From Azolla caroliniana (lineage: Eukaryota > Plantae > Polypodiophyta), in the NCBI GenBank assembly GCA_043228905.1, contig JBHGNT010000006.1, positions 7,378,001 to 7,442,000 of the forward strand: 64,000 bases of DNA, in the 5' to 3' direction. The translations under genes and the position numbers were made by a program. A model generated the notes under the pieces. That model had not been told where the DNA came from, ran no database searches, and saw only the letters and a program-made list of their open reading frames with translations. Of this stretch, positions 35,240-49,225 are shown in pieces. Within the stretch, counting starts at the first letter, position 1. Each line of letters starts with the position of its first letter.

Positions 35240-35992
35240 AGGAAGGAGACATATATCAAGAACACATGTATACTTTGGTCTCATAGGTCAAAATTGGCCT
35301 CTTTATGGACGATAAAAATTCGAATTCGAATTCTAATTCTCTCTCACACACGCACGCACGCACGCACATACATACATTTTACATCTTTGACCATGAGCCA
35401 ATTCTTAGCCGTAGGTTGAACCAGCTCTAAGCCGATAACTGGCTTTCGGCACTTAGTCGTCTTCTGGCCTCTAGTTGGCTCATAGTTGGCTTTCGGCCCT
35501 TCTCCCATAAGGAGGGACACCAAGTGCCTTTGTTCCATATTTTGTTATTTCTACCCTTTGAGTTTCCGTCTATTGTGTAAGACGAAGGATTTTACCGAGG
35601 TTGTGGCCTTGAGACTATGATGTTTCCCTTAGTGATCTAAGGAGTTTTATGTTTGTTTGTATACTCTCTGAGATAGTGATATTTCGAGTAAGAGGACTCT
35701 CCTTTAGGGTTCTCCATGTAAAACTACGTGCCTTTGTTTTCCTTTTTGTTTTGCTTGTTTTGTTGGGTGAACCATGCTCCAGAGTGGCCAGTGGTTGTCC
35801 GATTCCAACCTCTATACATATCAAACTGAAACACCAAATTGTTAAAAAACGGTTTAACAACTTGGTTTAGGCTTGAGTTGAGCCATTGCCGACTTCTACT
35901 TCTTACCTCAAGCTTATTGTGTTCATTTGTCTCCACGTGTCCTCCATTTTTTATAATTTATATATTTCCTAACTTTTACATGGTATCAAAGC
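34930..35992 (+). mobile_element. Probable LTR 3' end with primer-binding site
   Basis: ...CTTTTACA (35980) is immediately followed by TGGTATCAAAGC (35981-35992), one mismatch from the tRNA-iMet PBS TGGTATCAGAGC. LTR 5' boundary uncertain; no gag/pol recognisable downstream. Confidence 0.55.
35186..35237. repeat. (TC)n microsatellite
   Basis: Uninterrupted TC run. Confidence 0.95.
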
Positions 35993-36426
35993 ATTATGTT
36001 GTTTTTGTTGCACCTTATGTCAAGGTTTCATCTTGTACAATTGCATGTAGGCCTTTTAATCTCTATTGGTGTTTTGTTATTTAATATTTCTTTGCATTAT
36101 AACGTTTCTCACTTTAGCTAGGAAGCATAAAGTTATTGCCATCGATTATTTATGATTTATACTCCTTTAAACTTATCTAGTCATGTAAGCAGCCATATTT
36201 GAAAATTACATTCTTGATGAAATGTGACAAGCTGAAGTTTTTAACTAAGTAACATGATTGCAATTAAATTGGTAGGGATCACATTTCGACTTGAGCAAGA
36301 CACTTTTGTTGATGTAATGTAACTATATGGGTGTTTGGAGTTTGCTCATTCCCCATGTAAAAGAGGCAAACATACAAATCAAATCTCAATTGGGTGTTTT
36401 GCGTTATACGCTATAGTTTGAAGTTC

Positions 36427-37044
36427 CATAGATTGACATATTCGCATTCGTGGGGATTCCCATTCGAATGCAAAAGAATATGAATACGAATGGGTAGTCA
36501 AGTATTCGTTTTACCCCCTCCCCCCCCCAAAAAAAACGTTTTTTAAAAAAAAAATCCTAAGATAAAAAAAAGGAACTTAACAATAAATAGGTATAATAAA
36601 AGAGGGACTTTGGGGACTTGACACTACTAAATTTTTATAATAAATGTATAGTCGTTTTATTTTTAATAAAAAAATAAAAAAAATAAAAAAAAGGCTCATT
36701 AATCTCTCACTTTTTATTTCCTCAAAATTTATGGATATTTTTATCTTGACATTAAAAATGGTACTTCAAACTAATCATATTTGTATAATAAATATAAAAA
36801 TATTCGTTTAAAAAAAATTAATTAATTAAAATAAGTTTCATAAACTCTCTTGACACTATAATCTATTAATGAATAATTGTTTTTTTTTTGTGAAATACAT
36901 TTATTTAAATAATTAATTAATTTTTTATATTTATTTTACAAAACGAATGGTTTTTTAATATTCTTGGGGCCATTTTGTATTCTCGAATATTGAGAATATT
37001 GCGCATGGAGAATATCTCGAATATCACGCATGTGTTAATCTATG
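36427..37044. mobile_element. hAT-like MITE (~620 bp)
   Basis: TIRs CATAGATTGACA and TGTTAATCTATG (reverse complement CATAGATTAACA). ATTCG/CGAAT subterminal repeats as in the 15272 element and an AT-rich interior. TSD not exact. Confidence 0.7.
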
Positions 37045-38400
37045 GTTTGAACTTTAGTGACACGTTTCCCCCACTCCTTTTAATCGATATAGGAACAATT
37101 GTTGTTTGAAACCCTTTTCCATTTCAACTTTGTCATTTTGTCATTTTGTCATTTCCATAACTTCAAAGGGGCTATTTTTATTGTATTCATGTCCATTTCA
37201 AATGTACAAAATGGATGATTACATAGGATTAAAAAATACAACAGCCATATGAAGAAGACAAGGGAATTTCAATGATGGTTGGGATCACAAATAGTATTGA
37301 TTTGAAAACTACATAGAGACTATTTTTATTGGATTCATGTCCAGTTCACTTCTATAATTTCCAAATGGATGATTATACAACACCATTTGGAAATACATAG
37401 TTTTTTTTTCCTTTTAGGATATGTTATGCTTATTGATAAATTAAATCAAGACGAATGGTGAAAACAATAAATTAACTTGACATTCCAAATATCGTTAAAA
37501 ATGTGCGCAATGTTTCATGGAACTAAAATACCTAAGTATTATATGAAGCTTTAAAATGGGATTCAGACACAAAGGCAACATCTTTAGATATTTGGGGTTA
37601 CTATGCCATAACCACAAAGCACGCCTACATCAAAAGCCAAGAGAGAATCTTGTTTTTTATGACAATCAATGTGCCACGTTATTCTTGACTCGGCTTAGTT
37701 AAACTAAGTAAAAGGGAGGTACATTTTTCTGAGGTCTAGATGCTTTAGGGAAGGGCAATATCTTTTATAAATTACCAATAACAGTGAGCAGAGTTTCCAA
37801 TTTATGCACAAGAATATGAAGAATACTTGCATCCCCAACAAACTATTATGAGTTCACGTACGTGAATGAATACAAGGGGGAGGGACACACACATCCAGAG
37901 TCTAGAGTCTAGACACGAACGAACTGGCTTAATTCACCGGCTTCAAGGATTTTGAAGGTTTAACTGACGACAGAAACACAAGTACATGTCTCGAGGATCT
38001 GAGTGGCGTCCAATTGGACAGAAGAAGAGCGTGTGGGCTCCATGAGGGTTCAAATGTCCAGCTGACACACACATAGAAGAACACTTTTGGGCACCCAAAG
38101 GATCCGGATGTGCGGCAAACGAAACCATTTGACATCATTTTACTTGGTAGCCCAAGAGACTTTACATAATAAACACACTACAAACCCAAACTTTGGAAAA
38201 TGATTAAGAGGAAGTGAAGGTGTATCTCGTGGGGGGGTCACCTCCTCATTCTTCTTCTTCTTCTTCTTCTTCTTTTTCTTCTTCTTCTTTGTGTTAGTCT
38301 CTTCTCTTATACATATTAAAGCATCACATGAATTGATTTGAATTTTGTTTCCAAAGGTAACAAAAAAGACAAAGAGCAAGAGGAACTCAACACCACCATC

Positions 38401-41400
38401 ATGGTGTCTTTCAATCTAATGTAAAGAAACCATGGCCTATTATGTGTGTGTGGTTTTGTTTTTTGTTTTTGAATTTCTCATATACTCTGTTTTATGATCA
38501 CGTGAGTTATAATATGTATATATATTTTGAATATCTCAAATACTCTGTTTTATGATCGTCTTCTCATATATGTGTGTGCATTTTCTTTAAATTTCTTGTA
38601 TACTCTGTATATCTGTATTTATTTGTCAATCATTATACTATATTCTCATATATCTGTGTATTCTGAATTTTCATAGAATGTGTTATATGTTGTATTATAC
38701 GTGTGTGTTCAAAATATTCTCACATTGAGGTCTCCCACCAATATTATAGTGTATTACAAAAGAAAGAGGTATTTTGAAGATCAAATCATATTATATCTGT
38801 GTCGATATATGCCTTTTACTCATGCTTACATATTTCAAATTCCAAATATATCATGTTATATGTGTGTCTGTTTATGCCATTTAATTATGCTTAAATATTT
38901 TGTCATATATTCTGTTATATATGTGTTTAGATGTGCCTTCTGTTCATGCTTAAGCATTTTGATTCTCATAAACCCAATATACACCTTTCAATCGTGCTTA
39001 AATATTGTTATTTTTCGTAAGTCTTATGTTTATATATGCCTTTTAATCAATGCTTAAGTGTGGGATTTTCGCAGAGAAGCTAGAGCTTCATGGGGGACTC
39101 TTGCAGATGCTTGTATTTCTGTAGTACTAGTCTTGTTTGGAGGTACTATGTCTGGCCTTACACTTGGACTCATGTCTCTAGATGTCGTAGAGATGGAGGT
39201 TCTTCAAAGAAGCGGTACACAACAAGAACAAAAGCAAGCTGGTATGATTTCTTTCCTATCAGTGCCCCATATATTTGTAAGGCCACACTATTTTCATTGT
39301 TATGTATTGTTAAGGTACCAGGGGAAAAGTACATGAGATTCACCTCTTCAACCATATACCTTTATAACAAACATTGTGCTAATCTTAAAGCAGCTTTAGA
39401 TTTTTAGGCCCTTGGATAGATGCATATGTATGCATATGCTTCCATGGATTCGACCGACCATAAAGTAGTTTTTTGAAGATATCTTTCATACTTATTTTGA
39501 GATAAATTATCTATCTACTTAATCCTTTCTCTATCTTATTAGTAATATCACCTTGCAAGAAAAAGAACTCCCTTGAAAAATCCTACCGGACCTGATTTTT
39601 CAAAGAATTTTCCACTGTGACTTGTATTTTATACGTGTATGTGAATTTTGCAGAATGCAAGCAGGCATACCATCTTTCAGTGTGCTATATTGCATATACA
39701 TACAGTACAAATAGAGTTCAGAGGTTCATATGTATGTATTTCTTGTGTACTTCTTGGGATTTTTCTGGTTTGCAGAGTATACTCCAATATCAATACAGAT
39801 AGATGGTTAAAATGCAGATCAAGGACATCTATGGAGTTTGGTATTTTATGTTTCTCTAATTTTTAATGGAGGCTGGCCTATTATTACACATGCACATATT
39901 GATCTTGTTGTTAGAACACTATGCCAACTGTTTAAACTTTTTTCTGCTCAATACTTATGATGATTCAGACGATGAACATGATACCATAATGTGATGGTGA
40001 AGTATTAGTTGTTTAATGCTATATTGCATAGACATTATGATTTATAGAACGTTAGATAACACATAGAACAATATATACGCATACAAAAAGAATAAGGTAA
40101 AGGAAAGTGGTAAGAAAAAACATTGATATAGAGATATGTAAATGAATGCTCATACAGCTCTTTTAAATTCACAAATGTTCATAATATAAACATATTTAAT
40201 CTTCACTAGAGTTCTCAAAATGTTTCTTTTTGTCTTTTTACCTTAACCAAGAGGCATTTGATACTCTGCATCGTAATCACTAATAATTATTTTACAGTTA
40301 TTGATCCTTATTTTCTTTATAGCTACCATTGTGCCAGTGGTGAAGAAGCAGCACCAGCTATTGGTAACACTTTTACTATGCAATGCTGTTGCTATGGAGG
40401 CTAGTTTTCTTACTAATACACTTACTTTTACTTTTTCAATAAAACTTTGATACTTGTGGCATAAAGATGATTCATTTTAATCATTTTCAGGCACTCCCTC
40501 TATTCTTGGATAACATATTCAACACAGTAGTTGCAATTATTCTGTCTGTTACTTTCGTTTTGGCATTTGGGGAGGTATTTGAAATATTCCAATAGTGGTT
40601 TTGATTTTGTGGATACCGCCTTTGTCAGTTTGTCATTACAATACATCTCTAGACTCTTTAACTTCTTAAGAAATAATGTAAAGAACTTAGATAAGTAAAA
40701 TTTGTTATGTAAGTGATATGATAGCATGGAATAGAAGAATGGATAAGAGAAAATTGTATGCTGAAATTAAATGTACCAACTATTGAAGCATGCATCACAG
40801 ATTATACCCCAAGCTCTTTGTTCTAAATATGGACTTGCTATTGGAGCTAATTTGATTTGGATGGTTCGGATATTAATGGTGATTTGCTTTCCGGTGGCAT
40901 ATCCAGTTGGCAAAGTAAGTTTTGTCCTTCCTGATGATGGGAATTGTCCTGAGATTATAGGACCTAGGAATTTCTCTTTCCAATGGCACAAAACAAATTA
41001 TCTATTTATGTGCCATGCATTACTGTTGTGTTCAGCTGTTAGATATGATACTTGGTCACAAAAATGCTGGTTTGTTCCGAAGAGCTCAGCTAAAGGCACT
41101 TGTTTCCATTCATGGCGAAGAAGTAAGTCTAGAATTTTTCATACTATACTACTATGCGTGTAATACAAAAGCTTGAAGTCTAATTTGATATGTCTTGGTG
41201 CCTTTGTGATTAGGAAGGCAAAGGAGGTGAGCTTACCCATGATGAAACTACCATTATTAGTGGGGCACTTGACCTGACTTTGAAGGTTGTCTAAAATAAC
41301 TTTCCAGCAACCTTTTTTATCTACAAATAAGTATTATGGAAAAATAAGATATTTGTGTTTTCTTCAATGCAGACTGCAGAAGAAGCTATGACTCCCATCG

Positions 41401-41880
41401 AATCCACATTTTCATTGGATGTTGATATGAAATTAGATTGGTATGGCTTTGCTCAATGGGTCTGTATTAGCTCTGAGTAATATGACACCATTTTCTATGA
41501 TATGAGATGTATCTCAAGTTTTCATTGAATTTTGACACGAAATTCAATTGGTATGATCTGTGAAGGAGAGATTAAGTTCTCCTAGAGGACCTTCACATCC
41601 ATTAGTACACCTTTATCATTTTACAAACTTACCTAATTACTACTCTCTGTCTCTGTCTCTATCTGTCTCTCCCCTCTCCCCTCCCCTCCCCCCTCTTTTG
41701 GCCTACATTAATCTGTCTTTTCCTTTATATCAGCTACCCTAGTGCTAAGCTCTTCGGTTATCAATACATGTCTAAAGGTCCAGATCCCTACTTTCAAACA
41801 TCTTTATCACCACCTTTAAACTAAATGCCATATCAGTGTATCAAACTGATGACTTCTTGGCACAGCCATCTCCACTATAG

Positions 41881-41912
<32 letters not shown>

Positions 41913-44615
41913 ATGTTGGTATTCTGAAACACAACAATGGTTTGAGGCGCATGGCATAAGAATAAATTCACTAACACCCTTCCAATATAGCTTGGATTGT
42001 CCTCATCTGAACCTGACCAAAGTGGAAAAGAATAGAGTGATCTGAACTGATATTATCAAAATTGGAATGGAAGAACATGGATCAGCCCCATAACATCTCT
42101 TTGTAAGAAGTTGCCCCACGATAAGGCACCACTTTTTACACACATTATAGAATGGAATCATCATCAGGCCCTCTTAAATGGACATGCATCTATCTGTCCC
42201 ATGGACTGTGCATTGTGATTGGGCAGCTGCTGACCTCTTCACATGAGTTAGAGATTGAGGTAGGCAGATATGCACACACATCTCTGGAAGAAAGAATCTA
42301 CCAAACTTGTCATCAAGGAGTGGAATTTGAAGAAATAAGAGGGAGATACCATTGCCTCTTTAACCAAGTTTTGGCCTCTGTACGCCAAGGTAATGGAATA
42401 TGAGGACTAGCAGTACTTGGGGTTGCTCTTGCTAGAACTCAAGAGACATAGGCATAGTTGTTTAACAAGAATACAACCACACAACCTCATCAACAAAGAA
42501 CAATCACAACTTTCTTTTGTCAATAATCTATTGTAATGTAAGATAATTGATTGTTCTCTTCAGGGAAGCAATGGGAAAGATATTGGCTACTGGGCACAGT
42601 CGAGTTCCAGTATATTCAGGGAACCCAAAAAATATAATTGGGCTTCTTCTGGTCAGTTTGATCCATGTTTGTGAAATTGGAATTCATGAGTCTTGTATGT
42701 AAAATGATTGTACTCAATACAAAGTTTTAAATAAAAGTTTTGATATTTAGGTCAAAAGCCTTTTAACTGTTCGTGCTGAAGCAGAGACTCCTGTAAGTGC
42801 CGTTTCTATCAGGAGAATACCACGGTAACATCAAGATGAAAAAAAAAACTGTTGTGTGGAATAATTTAATGATTTTGAGTGATACATATTTCGTTTTTTA
42901 CTGTTTATTAATTCATCGACTGTGTAGAGTGCCTGCAGATATGCCATTATATGATATACTGAATGAATTCCAGAAGGGACAGTCTCACATGGCAGCTGTT
43001 TTCAAGAGAAGACCTATTGCAAAGAACGATATGGAAGATGACAAAAAAATTGTATCTGGTTCAAAGAAAGAGGAATTTCAAAGTTCTGGAAAGGAAGTCG
43101 GATGTCATGTGAAGATTGATATGGAAAAGACAAGAAATGATGAGGATGCACTAACTATCACGACAAGGTTTCAGGAAGTAACAAAAACTGAGTCAACAGA
43201 ATGTGTGGATGATCTGGAAGAAGGTGAAGTTATCGGCATTATTACTCTTGAGGATGTTATCGAGGAGCTCCTGCAAGTAAGAGTTTTTTTTTAAGAAAAC
43301 ATTTAATTTTCTTTTCAAAAATTGAAGATACATCAGAAAAATTTGCATCCCTTGTAACTAATAAAATAGTTAGATACTGTTATTGTTTTTCTATTCCAAA
43401 ATGTTAGATTCTGCATTGTTTTACTAAAAATGTTAAAGTTTCTGCAAAGGTTTTTACCTGTGTGTATAGTGAACACTTCAAATGTATCTTGATGCATTAT
43501 GTCTATAGTGAAGAAAATAGATGAGTATGATGCCTACGGAGATATTAACTCATGGAAAAAATAACAGATTCCCTTTGATTTAAACATAAACGCATGTGTA
43601 ATCTTTGCAATGTCTCATAGGCAATTATAATGGGTCTTTTAAAGAAGTGATATATCTTTTTTTTATTAAAATAAGCTTACCCAAGTGGCAAACTAGCAGG
43701 CTATGAACACATCTGTATACTTTCACACATTTTTGTTACACCATATATCACTTCGTCTAAACTACATGCCACATTAGTGTATTGGGTTAAAATCCATGTA
43801 CTTTCACACATATTTGTTACTCCTATATCAATTCTTCTAAACTACATGCCACATTAGTGTATTGAACTCCAAGCTGTTTGCACATACATCTCATCTATGG
43901 GCTGCTTTGTTTCCTTCATCTCATACACCTTTGTGCATTGATAATAATGCAGGAAGAGATTGTTGATGAGACAGATGAATATGTGGATGTTCATAAAAGG
44001 TAATGCCTAGAAAGTGAAATTTTAAATTTTGCATGTTCAAAATCCGGTTAAAAAATGCCTTATTAAAAAATAAGTTCTTTTGGGGAAGATAAATTGAATT
44101 TAATGATTTTTTTATCTATTGATTTGAACGAAAGCAGAATTAGAGTTGCTGTTTCTTCTGTACCACCTACGAAATCTGCATCAGCTGCTCGGCTCTTGAC
44201 TTTGACTAGAGTGAGTATCATATCATTCCCCTATCTAGATTCTTCTTTTTTGTTTATTTCATTTGTATATGGTGTATATGTAGAGATATTAACTCGTAAG
44301 TTCAGTTCATTCCATTTAATGAAAGTCACTCATCAATTCCACACATACTGAAAATGTTTCACTTTGGTCCTTGTAGGTCATATTTTGTCCTCTTAAGAAC
44401 AATAATAAAATATGTTTTCTGTGTCCATTGCACATGTCACTATTCTTTAATTGGCAATGTTGGTGGTGGCTCAAAGCTATATAAGTATGGTTTGTTCCTT
44501 TTTCCCATTGCAGAGCTCAAGGAATTCACAAAGCCAGAAATTGTTGATGGACAAACCAGATAAGGCCGGGAAAAAATCGTTAGGCCTTAAACAACCATTA
44601 TTGGATAAACAATAA
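38401..44615 (+). CDS. CNNM / DUF21 + CBS-pair membrane protein (MGR-type Mg2+ transporter family), 14 exons
   Basis: Exons 38401-38420 (tentative), 39075-39241, 40323-40399, 40491-40574, 40801-40914, 41036-41122, 41214-41285, 41373-41440, 42564-42651, 42751-42824, 42928-43276, 43953-43999, 44138-44210 and 44514-44615. Motifs MSGLTLGLMSL, QHQLLVTLLLCNA, FGEIIPQA, GGELTHDETTIISGAL, GHSRVPVY, LNEFQKGQSHMAAV, GIITLEDVIEELLQEEIVDETD. Confidence 0.94.
41918..42520 (+). mobile_element. 3' fragment of an RTEX-like LINE in CNNM intron 8
   Basis: WYSETQQWFEAHGIRINSLTPFQY and IGQLLTSSHELEIEVGRYAHTSLEERI align to WYSIVVSWLRANGIDINNLPPLKY and IGQLRISSHQLEIENGRANRVPREERL of the 21669-25412 ORF. Confidence 0.8.
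43718..43864. repeat. Direct repeat, 2 x ~66 bp, in a CNNM intron
   Basis: TACTTTCACACAT...CTAAACTACATGCCACATTAGTGTATTG at ~43718 and ~43799. Confidence 0.85.
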
Positions 44616-45019
44616 GTTTTCAAACATTCTGATTTTGAGTATGGATATAACCAAAGTGCCAAATGCCATGATTTTTCATTTGGATAGGAGAGGCCAATTT
44701 CCTAGAAATGTCTCTATACACTGTAAACAACTTAGATATAGACGAGATGTGAATAGTATTGAAGCCTCAAGCATTCGTGTGTTGCTTCTTGTTAGGATTA
44801 TGTGTAGCCCATTGATCTTGCGAACATATGTACATGTTGTTCCCTCATGATATGAGAATGATTCATGAGAGCTTACAAAGCATCTATCCTTGTCAATTCC
44901 CCACATGAATCCTAATGGGGGCCTCTTGGGGGGAGAATAAACATTTTGATGTTTAGTGGATTGTGCTCTTTTTTTGCAAACAATTTGGCAAGCTTGTAGA
45001 GAACATGTTCTTGGTTTTC

Positions 45020-45910
45020 TAAACTCTAAATACTAAAACGACAAATCAATCGTAGACATCCAAGTGCTAGACATAAATTTATTTAGAGATTACATTCTTG
45101 CTTTATCTTTCTCACAACATGACAAACTAAACCTTCTCTATCTCAATTACTTCATGAGTAGTGATATGGCACAGTAAGCCCTCAAAGGTGTTGTAATACT
45201 AAATGGCGTAAATGGAACTCTTTTAGACAAAGGTGTCCATACAACATAGTTGCGAATATTGACAAATTAAATTCCCACCTAGCCTATGTATTTGCTGCAT
45301 TACCCAACGAAGTCCATCAAACAAGAACCCATTTCTCAAGTTCCAACTGTACCACATCCTTCAATACCTAAGATAGTCAAACACAACCTTGTTTGATGAG
45401 TTGGGTAGAGCCATCACACCCCCAATGAAAACCCATTGAAAAGGTGGCAAAACATTACCAATTAAAGAAAGCCCAAAGTTGTGATATAACAACCCAAATG
45501 GCTTTAACAATTGGGCATGTAATTAACTTGTGTTTAGCATCTACTTCCTCAATAACAAACCATTGAAAATGTTTGGGTACATATATGACTCCATGAGATG
45601 AACTCATGCCAAGTTTTGAGTCAAATGATCAAGTGACTTCTTTGTGTATGGTAACAATGGCAAAAAATAATAAATTATTGGGATCATTATTGCTTGTGCC
45701 ACTTTGAGATGAGCACCAAACATCGAAACTTGAGACTTCCAATACATAAAGTTTTCTAGGATTGTACCTAATATCCAATTCAAACTTTGAAAAGGTGAGG
45801 TATCAAGACCAATTGAGTGCTAGGTGGCGACACACATTCCCTTGATCTAATATTTATCCACACCATCCAAGATCAACCCAATCACTCTCAATGCATCAAA
45901 TAATTAGTGA

Positions 45911-45941
<31 letters not shown>

Positions 45942-46450
45942 GGTAAAAGCACAAATTATATTAATTGTATGTAAAATCCACTTAGTTACAACACTTCTTA
46001 GTATCCTCTACCTATCATATGCCTATGTAGGGAGAGGGACATTTTGTAATGCTATTAAAAAACCTGAATATGCATTTGAGGAAATGATCCCCACATGCTC
46101 TAACATCCAAAAATTCCACATGAGAATACCTTTAAGCTTCTTTATATAGGCTTTCAACCCATGTCTATTATCAAACATGAATGCATTACACATATTCCAA
46201 TTGTGTTGTAGACCCCTCAAATGTTTTAATTTGTATGTGATGTCGGTACCAATATGGAAAATAATGTGCATGTCTGCTATTTATTGTGGTAATTAGGATG
46301 TCAAGAGGGGTTTGAGATAATGACCACAAGCAAACTTGTGAATGATGAGAAGCAACAAGATCTCAATTTTTACCTTCATTCATAATTGACCCTCTATGTG
46401 CACACAATTAAATTACGAAAGGATTTCATGGAGGGGGCACTATATATGTA
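45020..46450 (+). mobile_element. Possible highly decayed copia remnant
   Basis: Faint integrase- and RT-like fragments (NGVNGTLLDK ~45205; KVRYQDQLSAR ~45792, compare RYKARLVAR) and a PPT-like ATGGAGGGGG at ~46428. Confidence 0.3.
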
Positions 46451-48975
46451 TAAACCCTCTGTACCCAACTTTTCTTTTCTTTTTTCCAAAAAAACTCTGT
46501 ACCCAACTTTTAAACTAGCCAAAATGCAATTTTATTGACTTGATGGAGCACAAAGATGAATATTAAAGTGCATACTTCATGTCGAAGTTCCCAAAATGTC
46601 ATATGGAAGGACGGATTGATTGTTTTTTTTAGCATTCATAAAGAGGACTAGAGTACACAAGTTTCTTTTATGCGCGTCTCCTTCCTAAGAAGGGATATTC
46701 ATACTTTGAAGCACAAAGTTTGTGTGTGAATAAGGCATACAGGTATGAGCTCAACCTTAGAGGCATTGCCTTAAGTATAACACTCAAGTTATCACCCTTT
46801 ATTAATATATCATCATAGCTTTCATGAATTGCACTATATGTTGAACATTTAAAAAGCAAGAGATGTTCATCCTCTATTAGGTCTTCATCACATACTCATT
46901 CATTCCATTTTGATGTTACAATGTAACCTATTGCTCTTTTGCATCTAGTACAATTGTAGTGTAGTAGGAAAGGGTGTCATAGTGGGAATTGTCATGACTT
47001 TGACAAATTTGGGTATTGAATAGAGAAACATACAATCATGGACATTCTATATAATTCTCAAAAAAGGCAGTGGTGCAATGAAAGTGGGTGGTTGACATAA
47101 CATTTTATATAAGGAAATTGACTTATTGAACTTGGGATTTAAATTACCACAACAAAAAACACTAAAACTCATAAATTGCCTCGCAACATTCTTTTCTCTC
47201 TTTCCTGGACATTAATAGCCATTAGAGAGGCATTGCATATCTTTATTTTGGGATTTTGTTCTTCATAAATAATGCATAAAAAATTGACGCACGATTAGCT
47301 ACCATCTAAATTTGGATGTGGGGATATCACAAGAATATTTCTTTCCACATCCTCTCTCTACTTTCACACGATTTTTCGTCTTTGGACCCACTTCACCAAG
47401 GTCGAATCAATACAAAATGAATTGGCTTTCACCCCTTATTTCATGATGCCCTACCCTCAAATATACATCCACACATGCACACACACTTTTGCACGCAATT
47501 TACTTACATACTCACTCCACACATTTTCATGAACAAGTTTCTATACACAAATGCCCATAGCAATTCATTGGGATGCATATACAAACAAAGTATTCATGCC
47601 CTCCCATTGATAATAGTTTTGCATTTCATGCATGTAAAGCCATGTTGAGAATTGTTAGCAATTCAAAAACCATATTGAACATTATTACCAATTGTAAAGC
47701 AACACCATGCATTAAGATCATTATAACATGTCATATATAGTGTGATTTGTTGTTGTGGCCAACCTACAAACTAATCATGTCTTTCGAACTCACCCTCTCA
47801 CAAGAAACTTCTCCCAAGGACAAAGCCCACAACTCAAATGTAGGGAATTGCCTAATCAATCCCCTTTTAGTCTATGTAATTGTGTGGTACTCCGTGGAGA
47901 CCACAATTCAATAACCCATGTCTCATCCTCTAAAACTATACGATAGATTATGGACATAAGGTTGTGAACACTACCTTATATGGTGGTTACGATAAAGCTT
48001 TAGGTCCCTCAAAACAAAAACCTATTGGAAGGGTGACATACATAACTCTTATAGTTAATGAAGTTGCAATGAAACATGTCAATGTTTCAAAGCCACTACG
48101 AAAGGCAACCCACCCATTATTGCTTGCCAAAAGAACACATTCACATGTAATGGGAAGATTGCAATCTCGCATCCAACACGATACCACAGTCATGCACGTA
48201 AGGTAATGTGCGATGTAAGCAACACATTCACTACTAACAACTCCCCATCAACAATAAACTATTGTCGCATGTGATGGGTGTGCATTGCAATGTTCAGTTC
48301 TTTGATATCGAATGGTCAATCTTTCAACAATTCATCAGCTTCCAACCCAGAATAGGGGGCAACAAGAATACACATGCTTCCATAATCACAATCAAGAGTA
48401 GACCAAACTTGGTTCTTACAATTGCGTAATGCCATGATATGCTCATATGACATTAAAAGCATCATTTTGCATTGAATTCAAACATAAGGCTTACTTTGCT
48501 TTCCATCCCAATGCAAAAAGAGTCACAAGGACTGGATAAACTCAATTGGTGCCGCTCTCCTACGATTGCAAATTGACCAATCTCAAACTTTGTTGTGTAC
48601 TGGGAGTGTTTCATATGGAACCCTAGTAGATTAATGAGTATGCAATCTTTTGGTTGAATTTGAGAGAATGCAACTCTCTCTCTCTCTCTCTCTCTCTGTG
48701 GTGCAAGGTTCAAATCCTGGCTTAACACGAATACATGAATGTGGCATATTAGGCTTACACACACATAAAGCCAAACTTGGTCTTAGAAGAAGTTAATATG
48801 TATGTACATATATCTTTCTCTTTGTCTCCAGAAGTGTCATGTTTAACTCAATTTTTGTCTTTTTAATAACCCTTCCTCCCCTGTTTCTCTGCAGATATAT
48901 ATTCTGGCGAAAACTAAGCATTGTTTAGTTTCCTTTTTATTTATTTTAACGATAACTGTAGATCCCGCAACAGCC

Positions 48976-49225
48976 AAATTAGGGTTTCATCGGTCAGGAG
49001 TCAGGACATATACTCTGAAACGCTAGCTCCTGCCACAGGGAATCAGGGTTTTATCGGGTCAGTACATAGATTCTGAAAAACTAGCTCCTGCCACAGGAAA
49101 TTAGGGTTTCATCGATAAGTACATAGATACTGAAAAGCTAGCGCTTGCCAGAGGAAACTAGGATTTCATCGATAAGCACATAAATTCTGGAAAGCTAGCT
49201 AATGCTAAACAAATTCTGGGTTTCA
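48976..49225 (+). repeat. Tandem repeat (~57-64 bp, 4-5 copies) carrying telo-boxes, upstream of VPS41
   Basis: Unit AATTAGGGTTTCATCGxxxAGTACATAGATxCTGAAAAGCTAGCTCCTGCCACAGG. Intact TTAGGGTTT at 48979-48987 and 49101-49109. Confidence 0.85.

Noticed and set aside
46500-48790. Probable decayed TE sequence, including two CCAAACTTGG(T)TCTTA motifs at ~48403 and ~48771
   Set aside because: No recognisable protein motif or element boundaries; cannot be classified without a library search.
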